NCBI GenBank assembly: GCA_040218735.1
Contig: JAVJQW010000070.1
Coordinates: 224,001 to 288,000 of the forward strand
Direction: 5' to 3'
DNA: 64,000 nt
Origin: Deltaproteobacteria bacterium
Lineage (GTDB): Bacteria > Myxococcota > Kuafuiibacteriia > Kuafuiibacteriales > Kuafuiibacteriaceae
Part shown: positions 9,611-18,431 of the stretch, in pieces
Position numbering within the stretch: position 1 is the stretch's first letter
Layout: each line of letters opens with the position of its first letter
Program-made: the position numbers and the translations under genes
Notes under the pieces: generated by a model
The model's input: the letters and a program-made list of their open reading frames with translations, nothing else
The model's database searches: none
Told to the model about the DNA's origin: nothing

Positions 9611-9625
9611 CGATAATCATTCGCA
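9611..9625. promoter_or_regulatory. Fur-box-like site 2
   Basis: CGATAATCATTCGCA versus TGATAATnATTATCA, about 30 nt upstream of the 9654 ATG. Confidence 0.65.
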
Positions 9626-9653
9626 GAATCAGGCCGATTCGAACGACGACCGC

Positions 9654-10223
9654 ATGCGCACCCTCTTCCCGAGCGCCCTGACGCTGATCCTCACGTTCGC
9701 CGCGACGCCCGCGCACGCCGACGAGGACGTGTACTTCACGACGAAGAGCGTCCTGAAGTCGTTCTTCAAGACCTCGAAGAAGGTCACCTACGTGAAGATC
9801 GACGCGAAGGCGAACCGCGACGAGCTCCGTCGCACGCTCGGGTACGTCCCGAACAAGAAGACGTACGCGGTGTTCGTCGCGAAGACCGGTGAGCACATCG
9901 ACGGCTATGCACTGGTCGACGAGGAGATGGGCCAGCACCTCCCGATCACGTTCGCGGTGAAGTTTTCGCCGAACGGCACCGTCGAGCGCACCGAGGTCAT
10001 GGTCTACCGCGAAGGGTACGGCGACGAGATCCGCGAAGAACGTTTCCGTCGCCAGTTCGTCGGCAAGGCCACCCGCGATCGCTTCTCGCTCGGCGACGAC
10101 ATCATCGCGATCTCCGGCGCCACCATCTCCGCCAAGTCCATGGCCATCGGCGTGAAACGCGCCGTCGCGCTCGTGGCGCTGGCACGTCGCGAGCTCGGGA
10201 CCGTCGCCAGCACGACGCCCTGA
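9654..10223 (+). CDS. Exported FMN-binding domain protein (predicted covalent flavinylation)
   Basis: Signal peptide ending 'AHA', 'YREGYGDEI', flavinylation motif 'DIIAISGATIS'. Confidence 0.85.
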   Translation: MRTLFPSALTLILTFAATPAHADEDVYFTTKSVLKSFFKTSKKVTYVKIDAKANRDELRRTLGYVPNKKTYAVFVAKTGEHIDGYALVDEEMGQHLPITFAVKFSPNGTVERTEVMVYREGYGDEIREERFRRQFVGKATRDRFSLGDDIIAISGATISAKSMAIGVKRAVALVALARRELGTVASTTP

Positions 10224-10783
10224 TGCGTGCGTTCGCGAAGCCGACCCCGATCGGTCGGCTCTCGGTCGAAGCGCGCGTCGTCTACACCGCGTTCTGCGTG
10301 TTCATGCTGCTCGGTTACTTCACGAGCGCGTGGCTCTACCTCGACGACGACCTCGGCGTGCGCCCCGCCGACACCGAGCGCTACTACCTCGGTGAGGAGA
10401 CGACGGATGCCTCGACGAGCGACGACGGTCCGGCGCTCGACCTCCCCGAAGAGGACGCCCTCCCCGACCAGGCGCTCCGCCTCGAAAAGCCCGCGCGCCA
10501 GGTGATGGAGACGTTCCACTTCCACCTGTTCTCGATGCCGGTGTGCCTGCTGATCATCGCGCACATCTTCATGATGTGCGGCGTGTCCACGCGCCACAAA
10601 GTGGTGTGGATCGGCGCGGCCACGGTGACCACGTTCGTGCACCTCGTGACGCCCGTGTTGGTGCGCTTCGTCTCCCCCGGCTTCGCGTTCCTCATGTTCC
10701 CGAGCGCGGTGTTGATGGGGGTTTCGTGGCTGTACCTAACCGGCCGCCCAGTGCTCGAGATGTGGTCCCCGAAGGCGTCCTGA
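10223..10783 (+). CDS. 4-TM His-containing membrane protein of unknown function
   Basis: Four hydrophobic helices; 'ETFHFHLFSM...AHIF', 'FVHL'; TGATG coupling to the FMN-binding gene. Confidence 0.75.
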   Translation: MRAFAKPTPIGRLSVEARVVYTAFCVFMLLGYFTSAWLYLDDDLGVRPADTERYYLGEETTDASTSDDGPALDLPEEDALPDQALRLEKPARQVMETFHFHLFSMPVCLLIIAHIFMMCGVSTRHKVVWIGAATVTTFVHLVTPVLVRFVSPGFAFLMFPSAVLMGVSWLYLTGRPVLEMWSPKAS

Positions 10784-11041
10784 GCGTTCGATCGCCGTCC
10801 ACCCGAGCGCCGCCGCGACGGCGGTGATTCGTTCGTCCGCGTCGTCCGCCCAGACGTCGATCGTCGCCACGCCGAGCTCGGGCCAGGTGTGCACGACGAT
10901 CGTCGACGCCGCCGCGAAGTACGTCGCCGAGAGGCCGTGCGGCGCCCAGCGCCACGTCACCCCTTCACCGAAGCGCGCGCGCAGCGCATCGAGGGTCGGC
11001 TCGTGGGCGCCGATCGCCCAGGTCCCGAACGCGTGATTCAC
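10736..11041 (-). CDS. Degenerate S-adenosylmethionine decarboxylase-like protein
   Basis: 'PHGLSATYFAAASTIVVHTWPELGVATIDVW' aligns with SpeD 'P.GVT...LAESHISIHTWPE.GYAA.D' but lacks ESH and the downstream Cys. GTG start overlaps the upstream TGA (GTGA). Confidence 0.6.
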   Translation of the reverse strand: MNHAFGTWAIGAHEPTLDALRARFGEGVTWRWAPHGLSATYFAAASTIVVHTWPELGVATIDVWADDADERITAVAAALGWTAIERSGRLRGPHLEHWAAG

Positions 11042-11367
11042 GACGCCCCTCGCTCCACGCGCTGCACCGCGCACCGTTCGAACCTGAACACCTCACGCAG
11101 TGTTCGCACCGCGAGGTCTTCGTCGAACGCTCGGCACGAGAAGACGTCGGCGTGCACGGCGCGGCCTCGCGTGTGGATGCTGATGTGGCTCTCGGAGATC
11201 AGGACGATGCCCACCACGCCGTCCGCCTGGGCGCGGATCTGCGGGGGTGCGACGGCGGTCAGCGCGAGGCGCTCCACCAAACACACGAGCGCCCGCTCGA
11301 CGCCGGCTTCGTCCAACGCGGCGGTGCAGTCGTCCGCGTCGATCAACAGGTGTACGCCGAGCGACAC
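11038..11367 (-). CDS. speD: S-adenosylmethionine decarboxylase-family pyruvoyl proenzyme
   Basis: 'GVHLLID', 'GVVGIVLISESHISIHT', 'DVFSC'; the E-S self-cleavage site is intact. Substrate is uncertain because the family includes Arg/Orn decarboxylases. Confidence 0.75.
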   Translation of the reverse strand: MSLGVHLLIDADDCTAALDEAGVERALVCLVERLALTAVAPPQIRAQADGVVGIVLISESHISIHTRGRAVHADVFSCRAFDEDLAVRTLREVFRFERCAVQRVERGAS

Positions 11368-11398
11368 GCGGCGTCTGTACCGCGCTGCGCTGCGTCTG

Positions 11399-13510
11399 TC
11401 ATTCGGCGACCTTCACGTACGCGTCGTAGAGCGACTGGATGTGTGAGACGTACGCGACCGGCTCGCGCCCGCGGCAGAACCCGTGGCGCGCGCGGTCCGC
11501 GTACTTCTTCTCGGAGAGCATCAGGAGCGCCTTCTCGACGTTGCCGAACCACACGTCCTTGTCGAGGCCCTCGCGCGCTGCGAGCCGCCGCGCGTCGTAC
11601 ACGTGCCCGAGCCCGACGTTGTACGAAGCGAGCGCAAACCGCATCCGCTCCGCGAAGGGGATCGACGGATCGAAGCGCGAGAGCATCCGCCCCATGTACT
11701 TGATCCCCGCGTGGGTCCCGATCGCCGGGTTCTCGAGGTTCTTGAACCCCATCGACGCCCCCGTCTTCGGCATCACCTGGAACAGTCCCTTCGCGCCGAC
11801 CCAGCTCTTCGCTTTCGGGTCGAAGCGGCTCTCGACGTAGGCCTGCGCCGCCATGAGCCGCCAGTCGAACCCGTACTTCGCCGCGAACTTCTTGATGAGC
11901 GCGTCGAACGGAGAGATCTGCCCGGTCTTCGTCACGCGGTTGTCCTGGTACTTCGCGATCGAGTGCTCGTTCACGAAGTACCGCTTCTTCAGCACGTTGT
12001 AGGTGAGGCCGCGGTAGTTCTTCTTCACGAACGCCGAGAGGAACGCTTCTAGCTTCTTCGCGTCGGGCCGCACCGCGTACGCGATCTCGCGCTCGTCGGA
12101 CAGGTCGAACGCGGCCTCGACCTCCACGCCGTAGGTCTGCTCGATCTTCAGTAGGTGCTCATCGGCGATCGTGTACTCGATCTCCCCCGCCGCGATCTGC
12201 CCGAGCAACACGGGTGTCTCGACGTCGCCCGGGACGTCGACGACCTTCGGGTTCACGCCCGACGCCTTCAGCTCCTCCAGCGTCGCGCGATAACTCGACG
12301 ACGGCCGCACGTGGATCGTCACGCCGTCGAGCGCCTCCTTCGACGCCGGCCCCTCGGCGCCCTTCTTCTTCACGAGCACCTCCTTGGTGAACAGGTACGG
12401 CGTGCTGAACGCGACCTTCGCCTTGCGTTTGTCCGTCACCGTCATCTGCGCCGCGATCACGTCGCCCTTGCCTTCGAGCAGCCACGGGATGAGGTCGGAG
12501 CGGCTCGGCGGGACGACGGTCTCCAGGCGCACGTCGAGCTCCTTCGCGATGAGCTTCGCCATCTCGTAGTCGAAGCCGCGCTCGTCGCCCTTGTAGAGGA
12601 AGTAACTCGCTGCGTTGTTCCGGGTGAGGACACGCAACACGCCGCGCTCCTTGATGCCGTCGAGGTCCCCGGTGAAGTCGGGGTCGCGCTTCTCGGACAT
12701 CGCACGCTCGATGTGGAAGCGGTCGAGCGCCTCCTTCAGCTTCGGGTTGCTCTTGCGCACCGCCCACGCGATCTCCCGCTTCTCGTCGAGCGCGAACGCA
12801 CGCGCGATATCCGGGTTGTACTGTTCGAACGCCGCCAGCAAGTGGCTGTCGACGACCGTGAGGAGCTTGTCCTTCGACGTCGTCACCTTGTCGACGATCG
12901 CGTCGGTGTCGAGGTGCTCGTCGGCGTAGTCGATCTTCAGCGTGTGCTCCTTCGCGAGCGCTTCCAGTGAAGACGCGTACGACGAGCTCTTCCGAACGAG
13001 GAACGTCCAGCCCTCGGCGTCCTCGATCTTCTCCGGGACGCCCTCCGCCCCCTTCTTTGCGACGACGATCTCCTCGACTCCGAGCGTCGAGCGCGCGAAC
13101 GCGACCTGGTCCTCGCGCGCGTCGGTCACCGTGAGCTGCGCCGCGATCAGATCCCCGCGTCCTTCGATCAGCGCGGGGATGAGCGCCTCGTAGCGATCGA
13201 CCAGGACGAACACCGGCTCCACCCCCAGCGAGTCCGCGAACGTCTCGGCGTTCTCGATGTCCTCGAGCCACGGCATCCCGGCGCGCGGGAGGAACTGCGC
13301 TCCGGACCGACGGACGAGGACGCGCAACGTCCCACGCGCCTCGATCGCTTCGAGGTCGCCGACGTCCTGGTCCGCGTCCGCCGCCGCCTGCGTGGCCTTC
13401 ACGGGGCGCGACTTCTTGGCCTTCTTCGCCCCCGTCGTCGTCTCCCCCTCCTTGGACTTACACGCGCCGGCGGCGAGGAGGACGGACAGTGCGACGATTC
13501 GGGCATACAT
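11399..13510 (-). CDS. mltF: MltF-like lytic transglycosylase lipoprotein with two tandem substrate-binding domains
   Basis: Lipobox 'AGAC'; two SBP_bac_3-like repeats ('I.ARGTLRVL'/'IKERGVLRVL'); SLT motifs 'ESRFDP', 'GLFQVM', 'ASYNVG'. Confidence 0.85.
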   Translation of the reverse strand: MYARIVALSVLLAAGACKSKEGETTTGAKKAKKSRPVKATQAAADADQDVGDLEAIEARGTLRVLVRRSGAQFLPRAGMPWLEDIENAETFADSLGVEPVFVLVDRYEALIPALIEGRGDLIAAQLTVTDAREDQVAFARSTLGVEEIVVAKKGAEGVPEKIEDAEGWTFLVRKSSSYASSLEALAKEHTLKIDYADEHLDTDAIVDKVTTSKDKLLTVVDSHLLAAFEQYNPDIARAFALDEKREIAWAVRKSNPKLKEALDRFHIERAMSEKRDPDFTGDLDGIKERGVLRVLTRNNAASYFLYKGDERGFDYEMAKLIAKELDVRLETVVPPSRSDLIPWLLEGKGDVIAAQMTVTDKRKAKVAFSTPYLFTKEVLVKKKGAEGPASKEALDGVTIHVRPSSSYRATLEELKASGVNPKVVDVPGDVETPVLLGQIAAGEIEYTIADEHLLKIEQTYGVEVEAAFDLSDEREIAYAVRPDAKKLEAFLSAFVKKNYRGLTYNVLKKRYFVNEHSIAKYQDNRVTKTGQISPFDALIKKFAAKYGFDWRLMAAQAYVESRFDPKAKSWVGAKGLFQVMPKTGASMGFKNLENPAIGTHAGIKYMGRMLSRFDPSIPFAERMRFALASYNVGLGHVYDARRLAAREGLDKDVWFGNVEKALLMLSEKKYADRARHGFCRGREPVAYVSHIQSLYDAYVKVAE

Positions 13511-13588
13511 CGAAGACCACCCTAACATCGCGTCGCGCTCGGGCCCGTTTGACACGGGTCCGGCCCCGCGACATGACTAGTCGGACCG

Positions 13589-15241
13589 ATGGGCGATGAA
13601 GTCGGACGTCGGGGACGCATCGAAGTCGTGAGCGGGCCCCTCGCGGGCCTGACGCGCGAGTTCGACGACGCGCTGTCGATCGGCCGGCGCGTCGAAAACG
13701 ACCTCGCGCTCGTCGACGATCAGGTCTCGCGTCGCCACGCACAGATTCAGCGCGACGGCGACGCATTCACCGTCGAGGACGTCGGCAGTCGCCTCGGTAC
13801 ACGCGTCGACGGCCGGCCGATTCGCGGCCCTACGCTCCTCACCGAGGGCACGACCGTCACCGTCGGCGCGACGCTGCTCCGCTTCACGAGTCATCCGCGT
13901 GAGCCCGACACGATGCCGGAGACGAAGGCGTTCCGTTCGCCGGTCGTCGCCGCCAAGACGCTCACCGCGCTCCCGCGAATGCAGGGCTCGCAGCCTCAAA
14001 CCCTCGACCTCAAGGTCGTCGGCATCGAGCGTTCGGTCGAATCGGACGATCTCGACGCCAAGAACGAAAAAGAGCTGCGCAGCGCCGGCAAACATCTTCA
14101 GACGCTGCTGCTCGCCAACCGCATCATCTCCACGGAGGTCGACACCGACGCCCTCCTCGAACGCATCCTCGATGCACTCTTCGAGACCTTCTCCGTGCAC
14201 CGCGCGGTCATCTGCACGCTCGGCGCCGACAACACCCTCGACGTCCGCGCCACACGCACGAAACGGCGCGGCGGCGAGCAGCCGCAGATCAGCAGCACCA
14301 TCGCGTACCGCGCGCTCGAAGAGCGCGTCGGCGTCCTCACGCACGACGCGAGCTCCGACCAGCGCTTCGACGCGAAGAAGAGCATCGTCGACCAGAACAT
14401 CCGCTCCGCGATCGCCGCGCCGATGATCCACCGCGACCGGACACTCGGCGTCATCTACCTCGACACCGTCGGCATCGCGCGCATCTTCAGCGAGCAGGAT
14501 CTCGAGCTGCTCAACGGCATCGCGTCGGCCGCGGCGGGTGCGCTCGACCGCGCCTCACTCGTCGCGCGCCTGAAGAACACCGCGGCGGAGACGATCCGCC
14601 GCCTCGCCGTCGCGGCGGAGTACCGCGACGACGACACCGGCTTCCACATCCACCGCATGAGCGAGTACGCGGCCCAGATCGCGCGCGCGCTCGCGTACGA
14701 CGAAGCGTTCTGCGAGAACGTCCAGCTCGCTAGCCCGATGCACGACGTCGGCAAGATCGGGATCCCCGATCACATCCTGAAGAAACCTGGCCGGCTCACG
14801 TCGGAGGAGTTCGAGATCATGAAGTCGCACACCACCAAGGGGGGTGCGATCCTCGTGGGCTCGGAGTCGGAGCTCCTCCAGATGGCCTACCGTGTCGCAA
14901 TGGGACACCACGAGAAGTTCGACGGTTCAGGATACCCCGTGGGTCTCGTCGGGGAGGCGATCCCCATCGAGGGGCGCATCGTCGCGGTCGCCGACGTATT
15001 CGACGCCCTCGCCTCCAAGCGCTGCTACAAACCCGCGTTCGAGCTCGACGCGTGCTTCGAGATGATCGTGGAGGGACGGGGAGCGCACTTCGATCCGGCC
15101 GTCGTCGACGCCTTCATGGACACCAAGGCGGACATCCTCGAGATCCGCGAACACTACCTCGAGCTGGAACGCCAGGCCGAACAGATGGACGAAGCCCCCA
15201 GCTTCGAGAACCTCTGGAAGCGCTCCGGCGCGCTGTCGTAG
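13589..15241 (+). CDS. FHA-GAF-HD-GYP c-di-GMP phosphodiesterase
   Basis: FHA 'IGR..VSRRHA..GT.VDG'; GAF 'SAIAAPM..GVIYLD'; 'MHDVGKIG'; 'HHEKFDGSGYP'. Confidence 0.9.
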   Translation: MGDEVGRRGRIEVVSGPLAGLTREFDDALSIGRRVENDLALVDDQVSRRHAQIQRDGDAFTVEDVGSRLGTRVDGRPIRGPTLLTEGTTVTVGATLLRFTSHPREPDTMPETKAFRSPVVAAKTLTALPRMQGSQPQTLDLKVVGIERSVESDDLDAKNEKELRSAGKHLQTLLLANRIISTEVDTDALLERILDALFETFSVHRAVICTLGADNTLDVRATRTKRRGGEQPQISSTIAYRALEERVGVLTHDASSDQRFDAKKSIVDQNIRSAIAAPMIHRDRTLGVIYLDTVGIARIFSEQDLELLNGIASAAAGALDRASLVARLKNTAAETIRRLAVAAEYRDDDTGFHIHRMSEYAAQIARALAYDEAFCENVQLASPMHDVGKIGIPDHILKKPGRLTSEEFEIMKSHTTKGGAILVGSESELLQMAYRVAMGHHEKFDGSGYPVGLVGEAIPIEGRIVAVADVFDALASKRCYKPAFELDACFEMIVEGRGAHFDPAVVDAFMDTKADILEIREHYLELERQAEQMDEAPSFENLWKRSGALS

Positions 15242-15251
15242 ACTTCGCGCC

Positions 15252-17153
15252 GTGCTCGCCTCCGGGACCGCCGTCGGGCGTTACGTCGTGCTCGACCAAC
15301 TCGGCGAAGGTGCCATGGGCGAAGTCTATCGCGCGTGGGACAACGCCCTCGATCGTGTCGTCGCGCTGAAGCTGTTGCTACCGATGCGCGCCGAGAGCCC
15401 GGCGGCGCGCAAACGTTTCAACCGCGAGGCGCGGCTGTCGGCGCGCATCAACCACCCGGCCGTCGCGCACATCTACGACGTCGGTCTGTTCGACGACGTC
15501 CCGTTCATCGCGATCGAGTTCGTCCCCGGCAGGCAGCTGCGCTCGGAGATGAACGCGCCGCTGCCGAGTGAGCGCATCCTCGCCCTCACCCGCCAGATCC
15601 TCGACGGCCTCGCGGAGGCGCATCGGCAAGGCGTCGTCCACCGCGACCTCAAGCCGGAGAACATCATGATCTCCGGGCGCGACCAGGTGAAGCTCCTCGA
15701 CTTCGGCCTCGCCAAACCGATCTACGAAGACGCCGGCGAGTCGACGGACCTCTCCCACACCGGGCTCACCGGTACGCCGCGCTACATGGCGCCCGAGCAG
15801 ATCCAGGGCAACCCGATCGACGCGCGCACCGACATCTACGCGCTCGGCTCGGTGCTCTACGAGATGATCTCCGGCAGCCCCGCGCACACCGGCAAGACGC
15901 TCGGCGAGATGCTGATGGCCGTCGTCCACAAACCGGCGCCGGCGCTCACCGACGACATGTGCTCACCGGAGCTCGCGAAGATCGTGAAGCGCGCGCTCGA
16001 GAAGTCGCCGGACGCCCGCTGGCCGGACGCCGAGTCGATGCTCACCGCCATCCAGGGCCTCGGCGCGAAGGTCGAGGCGCCGCCGCCGCTGCGCGCGCCG
16101 ACTCGGGTCCCGGTGCAACGCGCCGAGACGTATACGCTGCGCGGTCGCGAAGCGTTGATCGGCGGCTCGTCGTCCTCGTCGCTCGCGATCGACATGCTCC
16201 AGCAGGCGATCGAGATCGACCCCGACTACCCGATGGCGCACGCCGTCTACGCGGAGGCCTGCGCCGCGTTGTTCAACACCGGCGCGGTCGACGCGAGCTG
16301 GCTGGACCGCGCGCAAGAGGCGCTCGAGCGCGCCGAGTCGCTCGACCCGTCGCTGCCGGATCTCCGTGTCGCGCGCGCGCGCATCGTGTGGACGAAGACG
16401 TTCAACTTCCCGGCCGAGACCGCGCTGCGCGAGCTGCGCTGGGCGCTACGCGCGGACCCGGACCACATCGGCGCGCTGCGCCTGTGGGCGACGATCACCG
16501 GGCACGTCGGGCTGATCGATCAGGCAGCCGCCGCCGTCGCGCGACGCCTCGGCAAGGATCCGAACGACGAGCTGATGCGCCTCCTCAGCGCGTCGATGTT
16601 CATCGTCGACGGCCGCACCGAGCGCGCCCTCGAGATCCTCGGCCGCATCGTGCGTCTGGATCCCAAACACGAGGACGCCCTGTTCTGGTGGACCTACGGC
16701 CACACGCTCGCGGTCGACGGCCAGATCGAAAGCGCCGCCGACGTCGCCGCCAAGACCCTCGCACGCCACCCCGAAGACCCGATGATCCACGCGCTCGCCG
16801 CGCTCGTCGCGGCGCTGCAGGGCAACTTTGCGAACCTCGACCGCCACACTGAGACCGCGCAACGCAGCATGCGCGCCGAGCTGCACCCGCACCACGCGTA
16901 TCACCTCCTCGCCCTCGCCCACTCCGCCGCCGGCAACGTCGCCGCCTCCGCGGACTGGCTGCGGCGCACCGCCGAGGAAGGCATGCCGTGTTACCCGTGG
17001 TTCGCGCGCGACCCGCTCCTCGCCAACGTCCGCGCCAGCGAACAAGGCCGTGATCTCTTCGCCGAGCTGGAGCGCCGCTACGACTTCTTCAAGCGCGAGT
17101 TCCCGCTGGACGACCCGGCGACGATGAGCTTCGTCGCGACCGAGGTCAGTTAG
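15252..17153 (+). CDS. Ser/Thr protein kinase with C-terminal TPR repeats
   Basis: GEGAMG, VALK, HRDLKPEN, DFG, YMAPE; TPR-like helices; no TM segment. Confidence 0.93.
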   Translation: MLASGTAVGRYVVLDQLGEGAMGEVYRAWDNALDRVVALKLLLPMRAESPAARKRFNREARLSARINHPAVAHIYDVGLFDDVPFIAIEFVPGRQLRSEMNAPLPSERILALTRQILDGLAEAHRQGVVHRDLKPENIMISGRDQVKLLDFGLAKPIYEDAGESTDLSHTGLTGTPRYMAPEQIQGNPIDARTDIYALGSVLYEMISGSPAHTGKTLGEMLMAVVHKPAPALTDDMCSPELAKIVKRALEKSPDARWPDAESMLTAIQGLGAKVEAPPPLRAPTRVPVQRAETYTLRGREALIGGSSSSSLAIDMLQQAIEIDPDYPMAHAVYAEACAALFNTGAVDASWLDRAQEALERAESLDPSLPDLRVARARIVWTKTFNFPAETALRELRWALRADPDHIGALRLWATITGHVGLIDQAAAAVARRLGKDPNDELMRLLSASMFIVDGRTERALEILGRIVRLDPKHEDALFWWTYGHTLAVDGQIESAADVAAKTLARHPEDPMIHALAALVAALQGNFANLDRHTETAQRSMRAELHPHHAYHLLALAHSAAGNVAASADWLRRTAEEGMPCYPWFARDPLLANVRASEQGRDLFAELERRYDFFKREFPLDDPATMSFVATEVS

Positions 17154-17155
17154 AC

Positions 17156-18337
17156 CTATCCTCGACCTGCAAGGTCGCGGGCGGCTCCTCGTTCGTCTGC
17201 GAGCACCTCGTCGACCGACGTCGCGTCGAGCGCGCGATCCAGCCAACGTTCGAGGCACTCGACGTCGTCGCACGCCCTGATGTGGACTCGCTGGTCGTCT
17301 GTGAGGGTCAGACCGCGACGCTCGAGGACGCGCAAGAGCATCGCCGCTCGCCCCTTGAGTGCGCCTCGGGTCTCGCCTTGTAGAGAGTACCTTTGGACGG
17401 CGGACGACTGGAGCTCGTACTTCGGTGAGCCAATGTCCTTGTTGCCTGCGCGCGTCCCGCGCAGTCGAACCGGCTGTCGCAGTTGGTAGTAGTGGACCAT
17501 CGCATACGTCAGCAGCTTCTCGGGTACGACGACCGGTCGAATGCTGCGTCCCGTGGCGGCTTCGACTTCGGCGACCCCCTCGATGTCGAGCGGGTCCTCC
17601 ATCCCCAACTGGAGACCACCGAACTCCTCGAGTTCGAGCGGGAAGACCCGTCGCCGCTGCACGAGCTCGCGCGGAACCGACGCAATGACTTCGGCGTCCA
17701 CGTTGCCAATCCAGGCTACGCAAGGTGTTCCCAACTGTTCTCCCAGGCAGTGCGCTAGCGCCCCGAGGTTGAGATAACCCATCTCGATCAGGTTTGTGCC
17801 CAACCGCCTGCCGTAGCGGGTCTGCGCTTCGAGCGCCTCATCGAGCTGACCGTGCGTGATGTACTGGCGATCGACCAACATCTGGCCAACCTGTTTCGGT
17901 GCGACGCGCGTGACTGCGGCGCGAAGCCTCCGGAGCTCATAGGCGGCACGTGAGCTGTGAGTCGCCGCCTCCGCAACCTGAAGGATGTTGCTGCGTTCGT
18001 CAGGGTCCAACGCCATCGCCGGGACCTTCGATGCGATCCCCATCGACGCCAGGACGCCGATGATGTTGACGATTCCGACGTAGATGGCCTTCTCGGTTAC
18101 GCCGTCGATACGAAGCAGCTCCCGAAGCAGCGGAGTAAAGTCGAATTCGCCGTCCCGCAGCGATCGGCCGACGATCCGTTGGACACGTTCTCTGAGAGCC
18201 CACATGCCCAGTCTCCTGATCGCGGGCGTCTCGACGAGTGCGTGGACAATCACGCGTTCGACCGCGGCAGCTCCAGGCGTCGCGGACTCCGCACCAGGGG
18301 ACAGAGATCTCCGTCGGCCGTTCGAACTCGACGTCAC
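17156..18337 (-). CDS. MshEN/T2SSE_N domain protein with Rpn/DUF4351-like C-terminal tail
   Basis: 'VGQMLV...ITHGQLDEALEAQ..GRRLGTNLIEMG', 'LGMEDPLD'; tail 'MLLRVLERRGL...IRACDDVECLERWLDRALDATSVDEVL'. GTG start at 18337 inferred from an upstream GAGG. Confidence 0.7.
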   Translation of the reverse strand: MTSSSNGRRRSLSPGAESATPGAAAVERVIVHALVETPAIRRLGMWALRERVQRIVGRSLRDGEFDFTPLLRELLRIDGVTEKAIYVGIVNIIGVLASMGIASKVPAMALDPDERSNILQVAEAATHSSRAAYELRRLRAAVTRVAPKQVGQMLVDRQYITHGQLDEALEAQTRYGRRLGTNLIEMGYLNLGALAHCLGEQLGTPCVAWIGNVDAEVIASVPRELVQRRRVFPLELEEFGGLQLGMEDPLDIEGVAEVEAATGRSIRPVVVPEKLLTYAMVHYYQLRQPVRLRGTRAGNKDIGSPKYELQSSAVQRYSLQGETRGALKGRAAMLLRVLERRGLTLTDDQRVHIRACDDVECLERWLDRALDATSVDEVLADERGAARDLAGRG

Positions 18338-18431
18338 CAAGACCTCAGATCGGCAAAAATGGCGACGGTATGAGTGCCTGCGGCAGAGGTCTGGCGAGCG
18401 CTTCGATCTGACGCAGCCCCTTGAAGCACCG

